From assembly GCA_963761305.1 (NCBI GenBank), contig CAVXGK010000002.1:128001-192000 (forward strand): a DNA stretch of 64,000 bases, written 5' to 3'. A program made the position numbers and the translations under genes. The notes beneath the pieces are model-generated. The model was not told the origin of the DNA. It did not search any database and saw only the letters and a program-made list of their open reading frames with translations. Each line of letters opens with the position of its first letter. The first letter of the stretch is position 1. The stretch comes from an uncultured Gemmatimonadaceae bacterium (GTDB lineage Bacteria; Gemmatimonadota; Gemmatimonadetes; Gemmatimonadales; Gemmatimonadaceae). Positions 46,045 through 53,644 of this stretch are shown here, one piece after another.

Positions 46045-47148
46045 TCACTTCTCGGCGAGGAACTTCGCGATCGTCGTGTTCAGGAAGTCACGATCGGCTG
46101 GACTGGCGCCTGCGCCCGCGGGATGGCCCCACAGCGACGGGATCGGCGTGAACTGAACCTTGGCGATGAACTGCTGCTCATAGCGCGCGTCGGTCAGCGG
46201 GAAATACAGGTCCGTTTCCGATGGCATATATAGAAACGGCACCTTGATCGAGCGCAGCGCGCGCTCGACGTCGCCATTGAAGCCGGGCGTGGCGCCGACG
46301 TCGTGCCGTTGCCACGTGCGCGCCTGGAGAATCACGTCGTTCGCGTCGGCGCCCGACAAGAAGCTCGTGCGGAACGTGTTGACGTATTGTTCGAACGTGG
46401 TGCCGGGCGCGGTGACCGTCTTCCACAGCTCGCGGCGCCACCACTCCTGCGAGTAGAGCCAGCCGGCCCACACCATCCCGAACGCCTCCATTCCTTTCTT
46501 GGGCGGCGTGGTGTAGTCGCCGTTGTTGAACGTCGGATCGGCGGTGAGCGCGGCGATCTGGCCCTCGAGTCGCACGATGCCGTGGCCGTACGTCTTCGCG
46601 GTGCCCGACGTCGCGACGATTCGGTCGGCGAAATCGGGATAGCTCACCGCCCACTGAAACGCCTGCTGCGCGCCCATCGAGAAGCCGATCACGGCGCGCA
46701 GGTGCGTGATCTTGAGATCGTCGACGAGCAGCCGGTGCACCGCGTCGACGTTGTCTCGGATCGTCATCACTGGAAAGCGCGGCCCATGATGCGGCTCCGG
46801 TGTGTTGCTCGGGGACGACGAGTGGCCGTTGCCAAACAGCTCCGTGGCGACGAGGAACATCGTCGCCGTATCGAGCGCGCGCCCCGGGCCGATCAACCAC
46901 TCGTAGCCGTGATGATTGGCCATGTAGTGCGACGGCAGTAGAATCGCGTTGTCGTGCGCCGCGTTCAAATGGCCGTACGTGCCGTAGACGACGATCGCCT
47001 TCGGCAGCACGACGCCGCTTTCCGTCTTGAAGTTGTCGATGACGAACTGATGGTGCTCGGCGTGGTCCACGCGCTGCGGCTGGGCCGCGCACGGGACCGT
47101 CCACACGACGGCGGCGCCGATGACGGCGGCGAGAAGACGTGTATTCAC
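46045..47148 (-). CDS. Alpha/beta hydrolase of homoserine O-acetyltransferase fold, with signal peptide
   Basis: GTG 47148 with signal peptide; YGTYGHLNAAHDNAIL, GNGHSSSPSNT, GFSMGAQQA, TDLYFP, WGHPAG. Confidence 0.85.
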   Translation of the reverse strand: MNTRLLAAVIGAAVVWTVPCAAQPQRVDHAEHHQFVIDNFKTESGVVLPKAIVVYGTYGHLNAAHDNAILLPSHYMANHHGYEWLIGPGRALDTATMFLVATELFGNGHSSSPSNTPEPHHGPRFPVMTIRDNVDAVHRLLVDDLKITHLRAVIGFSMGAQQAFQWAVSYPDFADRIVATSGTAKTYGHGIVRLEGQIAALTADPTFNNGDYTTPPKKGMEAFGMVWAGWLYSQEWWRRELWKTVTAPGTTFEQYVNTFRTSFLSGADANDVILQARTWQRHDVGATPGFNGDVERALRSIKVPFLYMPSETDLYFPLTDARYEQQFIAKVQFTPIPSLWGHPAGAGASPADRDFLNTTIAKFLAEK

Positions 47149-47180
47149 GTGTTTTTGTAATGCGAGGGGATTGCGGCCGC

Positions 47181-49883
47181 TCAGAGCCAGGAGCCGAAGC
47201 GCCGAATGTACCAGCCTTTCACGATCTGCGTCAGCACGGAATACGACAGCAGGATCACGACGAGCCAGGCGAAGTAGCTCGTCGGAAGCGGCACGAGTCC
47301 CAGTTTTGCGCCGAGCGGAATGAACGGCAACACGAGACCGGCGGCGATGATCGCGCCGGTGGTGAACAACACCGGCAGCGTCGCGCGGCTCTGGACGAAG
47401 GGCAGCTTGGCGGTGCGAATCATGTGGACGATGAGCGTCTGCGTCGCCAACGACTCGATGAACCATCCCGACTGAAACAACGCCTGCCGTGCCGGCGCGT
47501 TGGCGCGGAACACGTACCACATCACGAGAAACGTGACGACGTCGAAGATCGAGCTGATCGGCCCGATGAAAATCATGAATCGGCCGATGTCGTCGGCCCG
47601 CCATTGCCGCGGAACCCGGATGTACTCCGGGTCCATGTCGTCCCACGGAATCGCCGCCTGCGAGAAATCGTACAGCAAATTCACCGTCAGCAGCTGCACG
47701 GGAAGCATGGGGAGAAACGGCAGAAACGCGCTGGCGATCAGCACACTAAAAACGTTTCCGAAGTTCGAGCTCGCCGTCATCTTGATGTACTTGATCGTGT
47801 TGCCGAAGGTGCGACGCCCTTCGACCACGCCCTCCTCGAGCACCATCAGACTTTTCTCGAGGAGGATGATGTCCGCCGACTCCTTGGCGATGTCCACCGC
47901 CGAGTCGACCGAGACGCCGACGTCGGCCTGACGCAGCGCGCCGGCGTCGTTGATGCCGTCGCCCAGAAAGCCGACCGTGTGGCCGCGCGCCCTGAGCGAG
48001 CGCACGATGCGCGTCTTGTCGTCGGGCGTGAGCTTGGCGAACACCCTGTGCTCGGCGGCGATCGCGCCGACAGCGGCGTCGTCCAATCCGGCGAGCTCCT
48101 GTCCGAGCACGATGTGCCCGACGTCGAGACCGACGTCGCGGCAAATCTTGCGCGTCACCAGATCGTTGTCGCCGGTGAGGATCTTGACGGTGATCCCCTG
48201 TGCGGCAAGCGCTTTCAGCGCCGGTCCGGCGGACTCCTTCGGCGGATCGAGGAAGCCGATGAATCCGGCAAGGACCATGTCGGACTCGTCGGCGATCGAG
48301 TAGGGGCCGTGCGTCGTGGGAAAGAGCCGATACGCCACGGCTACGACGCGAAACCCGTCCTCGTTCATCTCGGCGACCAGCTCGCGGGCATCCTCGCGGC
48401 GTTCCGCTTCGAGTTCGACGACCTGCGCCTCTCCGTCGTGCGCGCGTTCGTCGCGCACGCGTGTGCAAGCGGCGAGAATCTCTTCGGCCGCGCCCTTGCA
48501 GATGAGCTGATGGTCCTTGCGTTCGTGGTCGACGACGACCGACATCCGGCGCCGGGTGAAGTCGAACGGGATCTCGTCGACTTTGCCGTACGCCTTGTCG
48601 ATCGCCAGCTCTCGCTGCAACTCGGCGTGGTCGAGCACCGCGACGTCGAGCAGGTTCTTGAGTCCCGTCTGGTAGAAGCTGTTCAGGTAGGCGAGCGCGA
48701 GGACGAAATCGTCTTCCTCGCCCACGACGTTGACGTGCCGCTCCAGCACGACCTTGTCCTGCGTGAGCGTGCCGGTCTTGTCGGTGCACAGCACGTCCAT
48801 CGCGCCGAAATTCTGAATCGAGTTGAGGCGCTTTACGACGGTCTTGCGACGCGCCATCGTCACGGCGCCTTTCGCCAGATTCGTCGTGACGATCATCGGC
48901 AGCATCTCGGGGGTGAGCCCGACGGCGACGGCGAGGCCGAACAGCAGTGCCTCGACCCAATTGCCCTTGCTGAAGCCATTGAGCAGGAAGACGATCGGCA
49001 CCATCACGGCGATGAACCGGATGAAGAGCCAGCTCACCTTCTGTACGCCGACGTCGAACGCCGTCTCCACGCGCGGGCCGCCGAGACCTTTCGCCAGCCG
49101 GCCGAAGCTGGTATCGCCGCCCGTCGCGACGACGGCCGCCGTTGCGGTGCCGCTCACGACGCTCGTGCCCATGAAGCAGACCGTCGGCAGCTCGGTCAGC
49201 GATGGCGCGCCACTCGGCCGCATCGCGCGATCCACCTTCTCGACCGGCAGCGCCTCGCCGGTGAGCGACGCCTGGCTCACGAACAGGTCCTTCGCGGCGA
49301 CGACGCGCACGTCGGCCGGGATCATGTCGCCGGCCGAGAGATACACGATGTCGCCCGGCACGAGCTCGTCCATCGGGATCTCGCGTCGGCGCGTGGCGGG
49401 CGTGCTGTCCGGTTCGAACTCGTCGCCCGCGCGCTCGACCGCGGTGCTCGTACGAACCAAGGCGCGCAGCGCCTGCGCGGACTTGCCCGAGCGAAATTCC
49501 TGGACGAAGCGGAGTCCGGTGCTGAACACGACCATCGCGCCGATGACGGTCATCGCCTCGTTGTCGCCCGTCAGGCCCGACACGACGGCGAGCGTCGTCA
49601 GCAAGAAGTTGAACGGGTTGGCGAAGGCGCGGGCCAGCTCGGCGTACCAGCTCGGCGGTTTCTCGTGCGCGACCTCGTTGCGTCCGTAGCGCTGGCGACG
49701 CGCCAGGACTTCGTCGTCGGTCAGGCCTTGGCGATCGGTGTCGAGCGACGAGTACGCCGACTCCGGGTCGCAGTAGGCGAGCTCGATGAGGCGCGCGTCC
49801 AGCACCGCGGAGCCCTTCCGGGCACCGTTCTTCGCCGAAGAGGCGGGGCCGCGCGCCGGAGCGCCCGGAATGCTCGAGGCCAT
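47181..49883 (-). CDS. mgtA: Magnesium-translocating P-type ATPase
   Basis: LTGE, AVGLTPEMLP, DKTGT, GDGIND, ASSNFGNVFS, FQSGWFIES, HMIRT. 900 aa from ATG 49883. Confidence 0.95.
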   Translation of the reverse strand: MASSIPGAPARGPASSAKNGARKGSAVLDARLIELAYCDPESAYSSLDTDRQGLTDDEVLARRQRYGRNEVAHEKPPSWYAELARAFANPFNFLLTTLAVVSGLTGDNEAMTVIGAMVVFSTGLRFVQEFRSGKSAQALRALVRTSTAVERAGDEFEPDSTPATRRREIPMDELVPGDIVYLSAGDMIPADVRVVAAKDLFVSQASLTGEALPVEKVDRAMRPSGAPSLTELPTVCFMGTSVVSGTATAAVVATGGDTSFGRLAKGLGGPRVETAFDVGVQKVSWLFIRFIAVMVPIVFLLNGFSKGNWVEALLFGLAVAVGLTPEMLPMIVTTNLAKGAVTMARRKTVVKRLNSIQNFGAMDVLCTDKTGTLTQDKVVLERHVNVVGEEDDFVLALAYLNSFYQTGLKNLLDVAVLDHAELQRELAIDKAYGKVDEIPFDFTRRRMSVVVDHERKDHQLICKGAAEEILAACTRVRDERAHDGEAQVVELEAERREDARELVAEMNEDGFRVVAVAYRLFPTTHGPYSIADESDMVLAGFIGFLDPPKESAGPALKALAAQGITVKILTGDNDLVTRKICRDVGLDVGHIVLGQELAGLDDAAVGAIAAEHRVFAKLTPDDKTRIVRSLRARGHTVGFLGDGINDAGALRQADVGVSVDSAVDIAKESADIILLEKSLMVLEEGVVEGRRTFGNTIKYIKMTASSNFGNVFSVLIASAFLPFLPMLPVQLLTVNLLYDFSQAAIPWDDMDPEYIRVPRQWRADDIGRFMIFIGPISSIFDVVTFLVMWYVFRANAPARQALFQSGWFIESLATQTLIVHMIRTAKLPFVQSRATLPVLFTTGAIIAAGLVLPFIPLGAKLGLVPLPTSYFAWLVVILLSYSVLTQIVKGWYIRRFGSWL

Positions 49884-49906
49884 GGGTCGGTGGGGCTGCG
49901 CCGCGA

Positions 49907-49934
49907 ACGCTAGAGAGATCGCGAACGGTGTCAA
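49907..49934 (-). promoter_or_regulatory. sigma70-type promoter of mgtA
   Basis: Minus strand TTGACA (49934-49929), N16, TAGCGT (49912-49907), 23 nt before the ATG. Confidence 0.55.
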
Positions 49935-49972
49935 CGCTTCGTCGTACTCGCTAATGGATCCTAGTGGGCAAA

Positions 49973-50126
49973 TGGGTTGCCGCGTTACACTTCGTGTAGC
50001 GCGCGCTGGGGCGCCTCCTGTCCGCGGCAAGGGAGCAATCCCACCCAACTGGTTCGTTCGTTCCACGTTTCGAACCTTCTTCCGGCCTGTACTCAGCGGA
50101 CTTCAGGCGTACACGGGAGGAGGAAC
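49973..50126 (+). ncRNA. Candidate cis-regulatory structured 5' leader of the ankyrin-LRR gene
   Basis: GGGA-GCAA-TCCC GNRA hairpin; GGTTCG/CGAACC hairpin; SD-sequestering stem; long-range duplex 50012-50025/50096-50109. Confidence 0.6.
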
Positions 50127-53100
50127 ATGTCCAGGCGTATTGCGCCCACGGATTCCCTCGAGAGTCTGAAGAGGGAGGCGAAGCGCTGGCTCAAGGCGCT
50201 TCGCGAGGACGTCGAGGACGCGCGCGACCGATTCGCGAAAGCGCTCCCCGACGCGACGGACTCGCCGACGCTCCGCACTATCCAGCACGCCCTCGCGCGA
50301 GAGTTTGGGTTTTCCGGGTGGACGGCGCTCAAGCAACACCTCGAGGCGTCCGCGACCGGCGCGCGCGCCGACGCGGCGATCGTGTCGCGGTTTCTCGACA
50401 ACGCGTGCCCTGACCATCACGTGCGCGGCGGCCCGGACCACGTCCGCGCCCGCGGCACGGCCATGCGGTTGCTCGAGCGGTACCCGGAGATCGCCAATGC
50501 GAGTTTCTATACGAAGGTCGTGTGCGGCGACCTCGCCGGCGTCCTTGGCGATCTCGACGCGAATCCGGAACTGGCCACGGCTCGAGATGGTCCGCCGCGG
50601 CCGAAGCGATCGGAGGCAGGCAATTCACGCGATCTCCTGACGAAGGACTGGGGACCGAAGGGCTGGACGCCGCTCCTCTATCTCTGCTTCACCCGCCTGC
50701 CGCTCGACGCGGTGAGCGAGAACGCGGTCGCGATCGCGACGGCACTCCTCGACCGGGGCGCGGACCCGAACGACTTCTTCATGGCCGGCGACAGCCGGTA
50801 CACGCCGTTGGTCGGCGCGATCGGCGAAGGGGAAGAGGATCGTCCGCCGCACGCGAGACGTGACGAGTTGGTGCGACTGCTCTTGGATCGCGGCGCCGAG
50901 TTCGCGTCGTCGCTGGGCAACTACGGCGGGCAGGTGATCTACAACATTCATTTCCACGGCCACGTGTTGTGGTACCTGAAGCTGATGCATGAGTACTCGG
51001 TGCGACGAGGCCGCGCCGCCGACTGGGACGATCCGGCGTGGTCCATGCTCGGGCAGGGCGGCTACGGCGACGGCGCGCGCTGGCACCTCTCGATCGCCGT
51101 GCAACACAACGACCTCGAGTTGGCCGAGTGGTGCCTCGCGCATGGAGCGAATCCAAACGCGCCTCCCGCGAACGCGAAGACCTTGCCGCAGCGTACGCTG
51201 TACGAAGAAGCGATGCGCCGCGGTGAGACGGAGATGGCCGAGTTGTTCGTGCGGTACGGGGCGCCGCGCACCGCGGTCGAGCTGTCGCCGGTCGAAGCGC
51301 TCACCGCGGCGGCGATGCGCCTCGATCGCGACGCGGTGCGCGCCCATCTCTCGCGGCATCCGGACCTGACGGCGGCGCCCCAGCCGCTCGACATGGCCGC
51401 GAGCGAGAACCGGGCCGACGTCGTCGCGTTGCTCCTCGACGTCGGCATCTCGCCCGACGTCGCCAACCGGCAGAACGAACGGCCGCTTCATCTCGCGGCG
51501 TACGCGAACGCGCTCGACGTGGCGACGCTTCTCATTGCCCATGGCGCGGAGATCGATCCCGTCGAGTCGAACTGGAGCAACACGCCGCTCGGCGCCGCGG
51601 TGTACTCCCAGCACCAGGCGATGATCGATCTGCTGAGCCGATACAGCCGCGACATCTGGGAGCTCGCGTATGCCGGAAAGCTCGAGCGCCTGCGCGACGT
51701 GCTCGCCGACGATCCCGATGGCGCTCGCGCCGCCAGCGGGGGGCAGACGCCGCTCATGTGGCTCCCGCCCGACGACGAATCGCGCGCGATGGCGATCGCT
51801 CGGCTGCTCATTGCCAACGGCGCCGATCCGTCGCCGCAAGACGCGAACGGAATGAGCGCCGCCGACCGAGCGGAACGACTGAGCATGTTCGACCTCGCCG
51901 CGATGCTGCGTCGTGCCTCGACGCCGGCGGCGCGCGCCGCCGTGGAACGGTTTCAGCGCGGAGCGGTGAATCTGCTCGACGCCTATCGCACCGGCACGCC
52001 CGAGGCGATGCAACGTCACTGGGCCGACACGTGGCATCGCCGCTCGTGGGAGGCGATGCGCCGCTACGTCCAGCTTGACCTGGGACGACCACCGGCGGGC
52101 GAGGGCGAGGACGTGCCGATCGCGCTGGGCGACGCGCGCTGGCTCATCATGCGTGACAACGGCTTCGCGAGCTGGGAATCGTTCATCGAGCACACGATCG
52201 ACCAGGCGGCGAGCCCGCGACCGCTCGCCTCCGCGCCGTTTCGCTTGCTGTCGAAGCCGACCGAAGAACTCGCCCCCGCGGTCGAGCGGACGCGCGATTG
52301 GGACGCCGCGATCGCGATGCTCCGCGCCGGCGGGCTGCCCGGACTCGACGCGAACGGACAGATGACCGACGACGTCCTCGAGCGAATCTCGCGTCTCGAG
52401 CACGTCAGCGTGCTCCGGCTCGGCGGCTCGAAACACCTCACCGACGCCGGCGTCGCCCACCTGGCCCGCATGACCGGGCTGCGCGAGCTGGATCTGGGCG
52501 GCTGCCCGATCAGCGATCGCTCATTGGAGATCCTTGGACGGCTGCCCAATCTCGAGAAGGTCGGTCTGTGGCGGACGGGCATCAGCGACGCCGGGGTCGG
52601 GCATCTCGCTAAGAGTCCGCGGCTCGTCGAGGTGGATCTCGCGTGGACGCCCACCGGCGACGGAGCCCTGCGCGCGCTGGCCGGAAAAGAGACGCTCACG
52701 CATTTCCGCAGCGGCGATCACGTCACCGACGAGGGCCTCCGGGCGCTCCACGACTATCCCGTGTTCAAATCGTGGCGCGGCGGCGAGGTCGTGCTCGGAC
52801 TCACGTCGCCCGAGGCACAGCCGAACATGCTGTTCCTGCGGGGAACTCTCACCGATCGCGGGCTCGCCAGCCTCGTCGGGCTCGACGGACTGTTCGGTCT
52901 CAACATCGACGACAGCGGCTTGGCCATTACGGCGGGCGGATTGGGACCGCTTGTCTCGCTCCCACACCTCGGCTTCCTCGCCTTCGACGCGACCGACGAC
53001 GCGATGCCGTACATCGCCGCGATGCCGCATTTGCGATGTCTCATGTGCCAGGACACCAGCGCCGGCGACGACGGCTTCGTCGCGCTCGGCCGCTCGCGGT

Positions 53101-53630
53101 CGATCGAGTACATCTGGGGTCGCCGCTGCCACAACTTGCGCTCGGGCGGCTTCGCGGCGCTCGCCGAGATTCCCACGCTCCGCTCGCTGTCGGTGAGTTG
53201 CAAGAACGTGGACGACGCCGGATTGTCGGCGCTGCCGCGGTTTCCGTCGTTGCGGGAGCTGATGCCGATGGACGTTCCCGACGACGGCTATCGGCACATC
53301 GGGCGCTGTGAAAAGCTCGAGTCGCTCGTGTTGATGTACTGCCGGGAGACGGGCGACGTTGCGACGTCTCACATCACGGGACTGGCGAACCTCAAGAAGT
53401 ATTTCGCGAGCTACACGCGAGCGACCGATCGGACGCTGCAGTTCTTGGCCGGCATCCCGTCGCTGGAATCCATCGACCTCTCGGCAATTCCCGGCATGAC
53501 GAACGCGGGGGTCGCCGCGCTCACGGCGCTGCCGCGGCTTCGCTTCCTCCGGCTGTCGGGAATGCAGCACGTCGATCTCGAGCGTGTCCGGTCGTTCAGC
53601 CCCACCGTTCGCGTCGAGCTGTCGCCATGA
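50127..53630 (+). CDS. Ankyrin-repeat plus leucine-rich-repeat protein with a duplicated small helical module (1167 aa)
   Basis: GGAGGAGG SD and ATG 50127. N-terminus SLESLKREAKRWLK..IQHALAREFGFSGW; ankyrins (GWTPLLY, YTPLVGA, RPLHLAA, NTPLGAA, GQTPLMW); second module ARWLIMRDNGFASW; LRRs (LTDAGVAHLARMTGLRELDLGGCPISD). Confidence 0.88.
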   Translation: MSRRIAPTDSLESLKREAKRWLKALREDVEDARDRFAKALPDATDSPTLRTIQHALAREFGFSGWTALKQHLEASATGARADAAIVSRFLDNACPDHHVRGGPDHVRARGTAMRLLERYPEIANASFYTKVVCGDLAGVLGDLDANPELATARDGPPRPKRSEAGNSRDLLTKDWGPKGWTPLLYLCFTRLPLDAVSENAVAIATALLDRGADPNDFFMAGDSRYTPLVGAIGEGEEDRPPHARRDELVRLLLDRGAEFASSLGNYGGQVIYNIHFHGHVLWYLKLMHEYSVRRGRAADWDDPAWSMLGQGGYGDGARWHLSIAVQHNDLELAEWCLAHGANPNAPPANAKTLPQRTLYEEAMRRGETEMAELFVRYGAPRTAVELSPVEALTAAAMRLDRDAVRAHLSRHPDLTAAPQPLDMAASENRADVVALLLDVGISPDVANRQNERPLHLAAYANALDVATLLIAHGAEIDPVESNWSNTPLGAAVYSQHQAMIDLLSRYSRDIWELAYAGKLERLRDVLADDPDGARAASGGQTPLMWLPPDDESRAMAIARLLIANGADPSPQDANGMSAADRAERLSMFDLAAMLRRASTPAARAAVERFQRGAVNLLDAYRTGTPEAMQRHWADTWHRRSWEAMRRYVQLDLGRPPAGEGEDVPIALGDARWLIMRDNGFASWESFIEHTIDQAASPRPLASAPFRLLSKPTEELAPAVERTRDWDAAIAMLRAGGLPGLDANGQMTDDVLERISRLEHVSVLRLGGSKHLTDAGVAHLARMTGLRELDLGGCPISDRSLEILGRLPNLEKVGLWRTGISDAGVGHLAKSPRLVEVDLAWTPTGDGALRALAGKETLTHFRSGDHVTDEGLRALHDYPVFKSWRGGEVVLGLTSPEAQPNMLFLRGTLTDRGLASLVGLDGLFGLNIDDSGLAITAGGLGPLVSLPHLGFLAFDATDDAMPYIAAMPHLRCLMCQDTSAGDDGFVALGRSRSIEYIWGRRCHNLRSGGFAALAEIPTLRSLSVSCKNVDDAGLSALPRFPSLRELMPMDVPDDGYRHIGRCEKLESLVLMYCRETGDVATSHITGLANLKKYFASYTRATDRTLQFLAGIPSLESIDLSAIPGMTNAGVAALTALPRLRFLRLSGMQHVDLERVRSFSPTVRVELSP

Positions 53631-53644
53631 ATGGCCGCCCCGAC

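Noticed and set aside
46045..47148. Calling this gene metX
   Set aside because: It has a signal peptide, divergent motifs and no met genes nearby.
47139..49913. Long antisense or alternate-frame ORFs (e.g. 47139-49913 +, 21216-23198 +, 60625-62724 -, 16660-18378 +, 14178-15794 +)
   Set aside because: Shadow ORFs expected in high-GC DNA opposite well-supported genes. They are Arg/Ala-rich with no recognisable motifs.
49884..50126. M-box (ykoK) or mgtA-leader Mg2+ riboswitch upstream of mgtA
   Set aside because: A TTGACA-N16-TAGCGT promoter leaves only a very short mgtA leader. The GNRA loop and SD-sequestering stem are oriented toward the + strand gene, and I recognised no M-box consensus.
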